This document shows, in pieces, positions 15,539-23,165 of a DNA stretch of 64,000 bases (position 1 is its first letter; each line of letters starts with the position of its first letter). The notes beneath the pieces are model-generated. The model was given only the letters and a program-made list of their open reading frames with translations. It did no database searches and was not told the origin of the DNA. Origin of the DNA: Rhodovibrionaceae bacterium (GTDB lineage: Bacteria; Pseudomonadota; Alphaproteobacteria; Kiloniellales; DSM-21159); the NCBI GenBank assembly GCA_028282405.1, contig JANQIA010000001.1, forward strand, positions 5,672 to 69,671, written 5' to 3'. The position numbers and the translations under genes are program-made.

Positions 15539-16426
15539 TCAGAAGACCTGCTTACGCTCAGGCAGAATGCCGTTGGGCCGCAGCAGCACGGTCAGCATGA
15601 TCAGCAGTCCGATCAAAGCCAGACGGATATTCGCGAGCGTCACGGCCGACAGCTCGACGTAGTCGCCGATGAAGCGGGTGCTGTTGTAGAGGAGGACGAT
15701 GACGGTCGCGCCGAGCAGCGAGCCGAGCAGGTTGCCCTTGCCGCCTAGGATGACGGCCGCCCAGATGATAAAGGTGACGATGGGCTCGAAGGCCTGCGGC
15801 GTGATGTAGGTGGTGAAGTGCGTATAGAGCGCGCCGGCCAGCCCCACCATTGCGGCGCCGACGACCATCGTCCGCAGCTTGAAGCTCGCGACATCCTTTC
15901 CGAGCGATTGGCCGAAGTCCTCGTCTTCGCGGATGACCTTGAGGACCCTGCCGTAGGGCGAATGAACCAGGGCGGACGAGAAAAGGTAGCAGGCAACCAC
16001 GAGCACCAAGGTGAAGCCGGCGAAGAAAAGAGGGTAGGACTCGAGCGGCACCAGCGTCGCCAAGGGCTGAGGAATGTCACCGAGGCCGAAGGTCCCACCG
16101 GTCAGCCATTCCTCGTTGGTGCTGATCACACGGATGAGCTCGGCGATGGAGATGGTGACGATGGCCCAGTAGTGGACCGATAGCTTCATGGTCGGGATCG
16201 CGATCAGCGCTCCCACGACGGCCGAGATCACCGCTGCGATCGCCATGGCGATCAGGACCGGCACGCCGCTCAGCGACAGAAGCGCCGAGGCGTAGGCGCC
16301 GATCGCGAAGAACGCGACGAGGCCGAAGTTCAAGAGCCCCGCGTAGCCGTACTGAAGATTCAGGGCCAGAGCCATGATGGCGTAGATGCCGATCAAGACG
16401 CTGAAGAACAGAGCCAGCTCGATCAT
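15539..16426 (-). CDS. branched-chain-type ABC transporter permease (LivM family)
   Basis: 295-aa polytopic ORF containing NLQYGYAGLLNFGLVAFFAIGAY. Confidence 0.85.
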   Translation of the reverse strand: MIELALFFSVLIGIYAIMALALNLQYGYAGLLNFGLVAFFAIGAYASALLSLSGVPVLIAMAIAAVISAVVGALIAIPTMKLSVHYWAIVTISIAELIRVISTNEEWLTGGTFGLGDIPQPLATLVPLESYPLFFAGFTLVLVVACYLFSSALVHSPYGRVLKVIREDEDFGQSLGKDVASFKLRTMVVGAAMVGLAGALYTHFTTYITPQAFEPIVTFIIWAAVILGGKGNLLGSLLGATVIVLLYNSTRFIGDYVELSAVTLANIRLALIGLLIMLTVLLRPNGILPERKQVF

Positions 16427-16430
16427 GGCG

Positions 16431-17411
16431 TCAGTCCCCCTTGCTGCCTTTCATGATGCCCTTGGGGAAGAGCAGCATGACGATGATGAGCACGGCGAAG
16501 GAGACCGCGAACTTATACCCGGTCGGGATATAGACGCTTCCTTCGACGCCGAACGGTGCGAACAGAAAGGCCCAATCGATCGCCAGCGAGGCGTTCTCCA
16601 GGAAAGCGATCAGAAAGGAGCCGATGACCGCGCCGTAGACGTTGCCGATGCCCCCCAGGATCGTCGCGGCGAAGACCACCAGTATGATATGAACTCCCAT
16701 CTCGGGCCAAAGCTGCGTGTCCATGGCGATCAGCGTGCCGCCGAGCGCGGCGTAGCTGCCGACGATGAACCAGATCCAGCGAATGGTGACTTCGATATTA
16801 ATGCCGCGTGCCTTCGCCAGCGCCATGTTGTCCGACATGGCGCGCATGGCGCGCCCGAGCTGCGTATGGTTCAGCAGCAGATAGAACAGGGCCATCGCGG
16901 TGAAGGAAACGATGACGATGATCACCTGCGTGTGGGTGATCACGGCCTCGCCGATACGATAGATGGTTTCCAGCTCGTCGCTGTAGGTGTGACCTTCCAC
17001 GCCCCAGATGCCGGCAACGACCGCGCGCAGGAAGATCGACAGTCCGAGCGAGGCGATGAGCAACACCACGCCGGGCGAACTTCGCAGCCGGCTGAACAGG
17101 GCGACGTCGCTCGACAGCGCGACGGCGCCGCCCAGAACGGCGCCCAAGACGGCGGCAACCCACAGGTTGATCTCGAGAACCGAGACGAAGAAGTAGGTGA
17201 AGTAAGCGCCCAAGAGAGCGAACTCGCCATGGGCAAAGTTGGCGAAGCGGAGCAGCGAAAAGAGTATCGTCACCCCGATCGCCAGGGAGGCGATCTCCGA
17301 CCCGCGGATCACCGAGTTCAAAAGGACTTGCTCTAGCACGATGGATGTCTCGCCGATTGGCAGCAGAGCCGCTGCGCCGTCAGGTCGCGTCGCAGGCGCA
17401 ACGGCTCCCAA
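16431..17411 (-). CDS. branched-chain-type ABC transporter permease (LivH family)
   Basis: Polytopic ORF containing RFANFAHGEFALLGAY. An alternative GTG start lies near 17339. Confidence 0.85.
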   Translation of the reverse strand: MGAVAPATRPDGAAALLPIGETSIVLEQVLLNSVIRGSEIASLAIGVTILFSLLRFANFAHGEFALLGAYFTYFFVSVLEINLWVAAVLGAVLGGAVALSSDVALFSRLRSSPGVVLLIASLGLSIFLRAVVAGIWGVEGHTYSDELETIYRIGEAVITHTQVIIVIVSFTAMALFYLLLNHTQLGRAMRAMSDNMALAKARGINIEVTIRWIWFIVGSYAALGGTLIAMDTQLWPEMGVHIILVVFAATILGGIGNVYGAVIGSFLIAFLENASLAIDWAFLFAPFGVEGSVYIPTGYKFAVSFAVLIIVMLLFPKGIMKGSKGD

Positions 17412-17434
17412 ACACTCTGTTCTTGGGTGAAGAC

Positions 17435-18583
17435 CTACTCGACGAGATAGTCGACGAGAGCGCCGTCCTCATAGATCCGCCGCCCGAACCGCTGGCTCAC
17501 CTGCACGCCATCCGCATCGACCGAGAAATCGGATTTGGTGATGCCGCGGTAGACCTCCATGGCTTTCGGGATCGCGGCCCTGATCTTCGCAGGGTCGGTC
17601 GAGTTGGCCAGGTTTATGGCCAGCGCGGCGACCCAGACGACGTCGTAGCCGACAGAGGTGAACCAATCGAGCTGAACGTCCTCTCCGGCGGACTCGGCGA
17701 TTTTGGCAAGGATGCTGTCATAGCGCGGGCCGGGCTCGGCAGCGATGTCGACGCCCTTGATCCCTTCGCAAACCTCAGGAATGCAGCGGCCGGCCGGGTT
17801 TGCGATGTAGGGCTGATACCATTTCCCGCGTACCTTATCCATCAAGCCGAGCTCGTAGGCCTGCTTGAAGATCACCCGCGCCGTCTCGCCGAAGGATACG
17901 GCGACGATCGCATCCGGGTTCGATTGCGCGAGACGCTGCAGCTCCGCGCGGTAGTCGGTTTTCGCCGGTTCGTAGGCAAGGTCGGCGGCGATCTCGATGT
18001 TCTGTGTCTTTAAGGCATCGCCGGTCGCTCGCGCCATGCCGACGCCGAACGGATCGTTCATGTAGAACAGCGCCACCCGCTGGGGCTTGGCATCTTCCGC
18101 GACAAACTCAGCCAGGCCTCGGCCGAGCACGCTGTTGGTCGCGAGCATGGTGAACAGCCCATCGCCGATTTCGCGCTGCGCTTCGGAAGTGGCTGCGATG
18201 GTGATCTGGTTCTTGTCCTTGCTGACCGTGTATTTGCCGGTGGGAATCGTGACCGCCGAGGAGATGGCGCCGAGAACCAGCGGCACGTCGTTCACGTCGA
18301 CAAGTTTGCGCACCGCCTCGATGCCGGCCTGCGGCTTGGACTCCGTATCTTCGATGATGAGCTTGAGCTCTCTGCCGCCCAGCACGCCGCCGAAGGCATT
18401 GATCTCGGCCAGGCCGGCGTCGACGCCGTGCAGGGCCTTGGCGCCAGCCGAAGCGTTCGCGCCGCTGAGCGGAAGCAGAACGCCTACCTCGACCGCCTCT
18501 TCAGCCGAGACCGACGCAGCGCCGCTCCAGATGATGGTCATCGCGACCGCGGCCACGCTTGTCAGTTTTCCCAGACGATACAT
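17435..18583 (-). CDS. ABC transporter substrate-binding protein (LivK-like, type 1 periplasmic binding fold)
   Basis: I place the start at ATG 18583 (MYRLGKLTSVAAVAMTIIWSGAASVSAEE signal peptide, GGAGGA RBS upstream) rather than the ORF-track 18778. Body contains GVLLPLSGANASAG...INAFGGVLGGRELKLIIEDTESKP. Confidence 0.85.
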   Translation of the reverse strand: MYRLGKLTSVAAVAMTIIWSGAASVSAEEAVEVGVLLPLSGANASAGAKALHGVDAGLAEINAFGGVLGGRELKLIIEDTESKPQAGIEAVRKLVDVNDVPLVLGAISSAVTIPTGKYTVSKDKNQITIAATSEAQREIGDGLFTMLATNSVLGRGLAEFVAEDAKPQRVALFYMNDPFGVGMARATGDALKTQNIEIAADLAYEPAKTDYRAELQRLAQSNPDAIVAVSFGETARVIFKQAYELGLMDKVRGKWYQPYIANPAGRCIPEVCEGIKGVDIAAEPGPRYDSILAKIAESAGEDVQLDWFTSVGYDVVWVAALAINLANSTDPAKIRAAIPKAMEVYRGITKSDFSVDADGVQVSQRFGRRIYEDGALVDYLVE

Positions 18584-18700
18584 TCCCTTTGTCCTCCGTG
18601 CCTTGGTGCGCTGCGGGTTTATGTCTTTGGATGATGGGGGCTGATGCCGTCGTTCCGCAGCGATAACAAAAAGCCAACAGCACCCTAGCGCCGCGCGGTT

Positions 18701-18734
18701 CAGAAAACAAGCAGGCATGACTGTTTGTTTTCTG
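18701..18734. promoter_or_regulatory. 14-bp-arm inverted repeat, candidate TetR operator
   Basis: CAGAAAACAAGCAG-gcatga-CTGTTTGTTTTCTG, with one mismatch between the arms. It sits in the divergent intergenic region between the SBP operon (start 18583, minus) and the TetR gene (start 18974, plus). Confidence 0.5.
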
Positions 18735-18973
18735 CTATTGTTGACAAGGGTCGCAGCCTTTGGAGAAAGGGCCTTCAAGGTTTGAATCGGCCAGGAGAGG
18801 AGTCGTGGCTCGCCCTGGCCACGGCAGCCGCTCCTGTGACGGCGATCGTCGACTCAGCGCGCGTGTATCCGCTTGACAATGTCGACGCCGCGACCTGCGG
18901 CGATGGTGCTGATCGATGCGAAGGGGGCAGTCGATTGGCAGGGCTGAAGCGCCACGACGGTGAGGGACAGGCG

Positions 18974-19600
18974 ATGAAGCAAGCAAAGCTATCGAACAAG
19001 AACGAGTTGCGCTCCGCGAGGATGCGACAGCGCGTCTTGGAAGAAACGCTCGAGTGCATCTTCGCTCTTGGATATCAGAACGCATCGACCGTCGAGATTG
19101 CCAGAAGGGCAGGAATCTCGCGCGGCGCAATGCTGCATCACTACCCTTCGAAGGAGGAACTGGTCTGCGCGGCCTATGAGAGCCTCCTGAAACAGGAGAG
19201 CGATCAGCTTCGTGCCATCGCCGGCAGCTATGCGGAGGGCGAAGTATCGTTGGACGATTTCGTCGACTACCTTTGGTCGCGGTTTTCCGGCCGCTCCTTC
19301 ATGATCAACATCGATTTTATTGCCGCTGCGCGCACGACCCCGAACCTGAAGGAGCGCGTCGAGAGGGTGCGGCAAGAGTATCACGAGTCGTTGGACTCTA
19401 TCTGGCGGCAGTTCTTCGCCGACAAAAATCTGCCCGAGCATGAGGCGCAGGTGATCCTCAACTTGACGCTCTGCTTCTTGCGCGGGATGGGCGTGCAATG
19501 TGCCGTGCAGGAGGATCGGGCCAACCTCGATGCGCTTGCATCCCATTGGAAGGCTCATCTGAAAGGGCTGATTTCAATCAAGGCCGATGGACGAGAGTAG
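18974..19600 (+). CDS. TetR/AcrR family transcriptional regulator
   Basis: I place the start at ATG 18974 (MKQAKLSNKNE...). HTH region: ASTVEIARRAGISRGAMLHHYPSKEELV. The ORF-track start at 18725 is unlikely. Confidence 0.85.
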   Translation: MKQAKLSNKNELRSARMRQRVLEETLECIFALGYQNASTVEIARRAGISRGAMLHHYPSKEELVCAAYESLLKQESDQLRAIAGSYAEGEVSLDDFVDYLWSRFSGRSFMINIDFIAAARTTPNLKERVERVRQEYHESLDSIWRQFFADKNLPEHEAQVILNLTLCFLRGMGVQCAVQEDRANLDALASHWKAHLKGLISIKADGRE

Positions 19601-19825
19601 CCTCCTGCTTTTCTCGCTGATCAGGGTCGGAACGCACCGAAACGATACAATTTTTAGTATGTTAGTTGAAAGATGAAAACGCTTTAAATAGCATAACTTT
19701 GTCTTATACAAGCAGTTCGCTGATTTATTCGACTATATAGGTCTCGGCTGATTAATCTTGAAACCGAGCGAGCATAGGGCGCGAATAGCCCCTCATTGCG
19801 ATCTCACGAGAAGAATGGAGGCGAG

Positions 19826-21301
19826 GTGACCGACTTCGATCTTGTTATCCGGCAGGGCACGGTCGTGACCGCGGCCTCCAAAATGAAATGCGATGTCGGC
19901 ATTGCCGACGGTCAGATCGTGGCGCTGGGCCGCAACCTCGGCGAGGGGCGGCAGGAAATCGATGCCACGGACCTGCTCGTCCTGCCTGGCGGCGTTGAAG
20001 CGCATTGTCATATCGAACAGCGGTCCGCCTTTGGGCTGATGACGGCTGACGACTTTGACAGCGCCACGGTCTCCGCTGCGTTTGGCGGGAACACGACCGT
20101 CATTCCCTTTGCCGCACAGCACAAGGGCGACTCCTTGCGCGATGTGGTCAAAGACTACCACGCGCGCGCCAGCAGCAAGTCCGTCATCGACTATGGCTTT
20201 CATCTGATTGTGTCGGACCCGAGGCCTGAAGTTCTGGGGCAGGAGCTGCCGGCGCTGATCCGGGACGGCTTCACCTCCTTCAAGGTCTATATGACCTATG
20301 AGATGTTGCGGCTCGACGACCGGCAGATGCTGGACGTGCTTTACACGGCGAGACGCGAAGGCGCCCTGGTCATGGTCCATGCGGAGAATCACGAGATGAT
20401 CCGCTGGCTGACCGACAAGCTGGTCGACGCCAATCGGGTCGAGCCCAAGTTCCATGCCATCAGCCACAGCCGCACGGCGGAAAGCGAAGCCACGCATCGC
20501 GCCATCATGCTCTCGCGGCTGGTGGATACGCCGATGCTGATCGTGCATGTGTCAAGCGAAGAGGCGATGGCGGAGATTCGTCGAGCGCAGAGCGCCGGCT
20601 TCAAGATCTATGGCGAGACCTGCCCGCAATACCTCTTCCTGACTGCGGAGGATCTCGATCGCCACGGTATGGAGGGCGCCAAGTTCTGCTGCAGCCCGCC
20701 ACCGCGGGATGCGAGCGCCCAGGAGGCGATCTGGCGGGGCATCCAAAACGGAACGTTTCAGGTCGTCTCCTCCGACCATGCGCCCTACAGCTACGACGAA
20801 CACGGCAAGCTCTACGCCGGCCCCAACCCGCCTTTCACGAAGATCGCCAATGGCGTCCCGGGTATCGAGCTGCGCTTGCCCTTGTTGTTCTCCGAAGGGG
20901 TCGTCAAGGGGCGCATCGACATCCACAAGTTCGTGGAGCTGACGTCCACGAACGCGGCGCGGCTCTACGGTCTCTTCCCGCGCAAGGGCACGATCGCGAT
21001 CGGTGCGGACGCCGACTTGGCTCTCTGGGATGTGAACTGCGAGCGGGAGGTTCGCTATGCCGATCTCCACGATCGCGCCGGCTACAGCCCCTATGAAGGC
21101 AGGCAGATCAAGGGCTGGCCGGTCACGGTGATCAACCGCGGCCGCGTGGTCGTCAGCGATGGCGAACTCCACGTGGACAGAGGCTCCGGCCAATTCCTTC
21201 CGAGAGAAACGTCGGAATTCGCCAGTCCGACCGGGCGACTGCAGCCGGAGCTCGACCCCGGACGCAACTTCGGCGTCGAGATCCTACCCGGGGCAGAGTG
21301 A
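19826..21301 (+). CDS. D-hydantoinase / dihydropyrimidinase (cyclic amidohydrolase)
   Basis: GTG start at 19826 after GGAGG. The protein is collinear with Agrobacterium-type D-hydantoinase as I remember it: LPGGVEAHCH, FKVYMTY (carbamylated-Lys region), VMVHAEN, IVHVS, VSSDHAP, GTIAIGADADLALWD. Confidence 0.85.
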   Translation: MTDFDLVIRQGTVVTAASKMKCDVGIADGQIVALGRNLGEGRQEIDATDLLVLPGGVEAHCHIEQRSAFGLMTADDFDSATVSAAFGGNTTVIPFAAQHKGDSLRDVVKDYHARASSKSVIDYGFHLIVSDPRPEVLGQELPALIRDGFTSFKVYMTYEMLRLDDRQMLDVLYTARREGALVMVHAENHEMIRWLTDKLVDANRVEPKFHAISHSRTAESEATHRAIMLSRLVDTPMLIVHVSSEEAMAEIRRAQSAGFKIYGETCPQYLFLTAEDLDRHGMEGAKFCCSPPPRDASAQEAIWRGIQNGTFQVVSSDHAPYSYDEHGKLYAGPNPPFTKIANGVPGIELRLPLLFSEGVVKGRIDIHKFVELTSTNAARLYGLFPRKGTIAIGADADLALWDVNCEREVRYADLHDRAGYSPYEGRQIKGWPVTVINRGRVVVSDGELHVDRGSGQFLPRETSEFASPTGRLQPELDPGRNFGVEILPGAE

Positions 21302-21360
21302 TCCGGGAAAAAGACGCGACGGTCCGGCGCCGCGAAATCTGGTCAGCCAGGAGAAGGTGA

Positions 21361-22314
21361 ATGTCGAGAGTCATCCGTGTTGGAGCCGCTCAACTTGGGC
21401 CCTTGCACAAGTCCGACAATCGAAAGATCGCCGTGGACCGCATGGTTGCGCTTCTCGAACAAGCCGGGCGGGATGGCTGCAATCTGGTCGTCTATCCTGA
21501 GCTTGCCCTGACGACCTTCTTTCCGCGCTGGGACATCGACGACCCTACAGAGGTCGAGCGCTACTTCGAGCCCGAGATGCCCAACGCCGCGGTGCAGCCC
21601 TTGTTCGACCGCGCGCGTGAGCTGGGGATCGCCTTCTATCTCGGCTATGCGGAGCTTGCGAAGGAGGGAGGAAACACGCGGCACTTCAATACCTCCGTTT
21701 TGGTCGGCCCGGATGGCCAGACGATCGGCAAGTACCGCAAAGTGCATCTGCCCGGGCACGCAACGTTCGACCCGAAGCGAAGCTTCCAGCACCTCGAGAA
21801 GAAGTACTTCGAGCCGGGCGACCTCGGCTTCCCTGTCTGGCCTGCGATGGACGGCTTGTTGGGTATGTGCATCTGCAACGACCGCCGCTGGCCGGAAACC
21901 TATCGGGTGATGGGGCTGCAGGGTGTGGAGATGGTCCTGCTTGGCTTCAACACGCCGGCCACCAACTCCCAACGGCCTGAAGAGCAAGACGAGCTGCGCG
22001 GATTTCACCACGAGCTTTCGGTGCAGGCCGGCGCGTATCAGAACGGGACCTGGGTCGTTGCCGTCGCGAAGGCCGGAGAGGAAGACGGGCACAAGCTGCT
22101 TGGCGATTCGATGATCGTGTCGCCGGCCGGTCTGATCGTTGCTCGAACGAAAACCCTGGATGACGAACTGGCCGTTGCGGACTGCGACTTGGACGAATGC
22201 GTCTTCTACAAGGAGACGGTCTTCGATTTCGCCCGTCACAGGCGGATTGAGCACTACGAGCGCATCACCAAACAGGTTGGGGTGATCAGGCCAGACTCCA
22301 CCATGGCAGTTTAG
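21361..22314 (+). CDS. N-carbamoyl-D-amino-acid hydrolase (D-carbamoylase, nitrilase superfamily)
   Basis: Close by-eye match to Agrobacterium DCase: YPELALTTFFPRW (Glu), GKYRKVHLPG (Lys), MCICNDRRWPETYRVMGLQG (Cys), FHHELSVQAGAYQNG. Confidence 0.85.
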   Translation: MSRVIRVGAAQLGPLHKSDNRKIAVDRMVALLEQAGRDGCNLVVYPELALTTFFPRWDIDDPTEVERYFEPEMPNAAVQPLFDRARELGIAFYLGYAELAKEGGNTRHFNTSVLVGPDGQTIGKYRKVHLPGHATFDPKRSFQHLEKKYFEPGDLGFPVWPAMDGLLGMCICNDRRWPETYRVMGLQGVEMVLLGFNTPATNSQRPEEQDELRGFHHELSVQAGAYQNGTWVVAVAKAGEEDGHKLLGDSMIVSPAGLIVARTKTLDDELAVADCDLDECVFYKETVFDFARHRRIEHYERITKQVGVIRPDSTMAV

Positions 22315-22315
22315 C

Positions 22316-22984
22316 GTGTCCCCTCGAATCCTGGTCATCAATCCGAACAGCAACGTCGAGGTCACTGCGGCGATCGACCGGGCGATGGCGCCGCTGCGGA
22401 CAGTCGATGCGCCGACGATCGACTGCATCACCCTGACGGACGGCCCGCCCGGCATCGAGTCCCAGCGGAGTTGCGACCTTGCGGCCACGCTCGTGTCGAC
22501 GCACATCGCGGCGGCCTCGGACGAAGCCGATGCCTTCGTCGTCGCCTGCTATTCGGACCCCGGTGTCAGCGCATCGCGAGAAGTGACCGCCAAGCCGATC
22601 TTCGGCGCGGCCGAGTCGGCGATGGCCACGGCTGCGTCGCTCGGCGTCCGGGCCGGCGTGATCTCGATCCTCGACGTGGCGGTCGCCCGCCACTGGCGGC
22701 ACGCACGCAGCGTGATGCTCGCCCCCTTCGTCGTTGCCGATCTCCCGATCGGGCTTCCCGTTTCAGAATTGGCGGATGAGACGCAGTGTCGCGCTCGCAT
22801 GCTCGACGTCGGCCGGCGGCTGAAGGAGGCGCATGAGGCCGAGGCCATCATTCTCGGCTGTGCCGGCATGGCGCGTTACAGGGCGGCGCTGGAAGCCGAA
22901 CTCGGCATCGTCGTCATCGACCCCACGCAGGCCGCCGCTGCCATGGCGATCTCGGCCTTGCGGCTGGGCTACCGGGCCGCCTAG
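22316..22984 (+). CDS. Asp/Glu/hydantoin racemase family protein (hydantoin racemase-like)
   Basis: 222 aa. N-terminus RILVINPNSNVEVTAAI, the two Cys-containing blocks FVVACYSDPG and IILGCAGM, and its position after the hydantoinase and carbamoylase genes. Confidence 0.8.
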   Translation: MSPRILVINPNSNVEVTAAIDRAMAPLRTVDAPTIDCITLTDGPPGIESQRSCDLAATLVSTHIAAASDEADAFVVACYSDPGVSASREVTAKPIFGAAESAMATAASLGVRAGVISILDVAVARHWRHARSVMLAPFVVADLPIGLPVSELADETQCRARMLDVGRRLKEAHEAEAIILGCAGMARYRAALEAELGIVVIDPTQAAAAMAISALRLGYRAA

Positions 22985-23034
22985 CGATCCATCGCCATCC
23001 GTCTCGTCCGAGGGATACTGCGGCACGATGCGAA

Positions 23035-23072
23035 TAACCAAAAGTTATAGAATGCCCTGCCCTTTTAATTTC
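23035..23072 (+). promoter_or_regulatory. conserved promoter-region motif, copy 1 (candidate LysR-type operator)
   Basis: TAACCaaaagTTATAGAatgccctgcccTTTTAATTTC. It contains a T-N11-A dyad (TAAC-N5-GTTA). 28 of 38 positions are identical to 30184-30221 in my hand alignment. It lies about 95 nt upstream of the ABC ATPase gene. Confidence 0.5.
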
Positions 23073-23165
23073 CATGTTCGCGCCTGCCGTGGCTGACTTG
23101 AGGGCAGTCCGAAGTGTCGGAACAGACACGATTCCAAGAAAGCGCGGGGGCCTGAAAAGCAGCCC

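Noticed and set aside
18741-18770. TTGACA hexamer next to the TetR palindrome as a sigma70 -35 element
   Set aside because: No acceptable -10 hexamer lies at 16-18 nt spacing (AGAAAG), so I do not call a promoter.
19751-19780. Third copy of the TTATAGA...TTTAATTTC motif upstream of the hydantoinase gene
   Set aside because: Only TATAG and TTAAT are shared. The spacing between blocks is 3 nt shorter and the TAACC block is absent, so this is too weak to count as a copy.
21343-22506. 387-aa ORF antisense to the D-carbamoylase gene. Similar long antisense ORFs lie at 24302-25459, 31083-32276, 32991-34007 and 58545-59744.
   Set aside because: Each lies opposite a gene with strong recognisable family motifs, and each has an Arg/Gly/Pro/Asp-rich composition with no motifs. 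These are high-GC artefacts.
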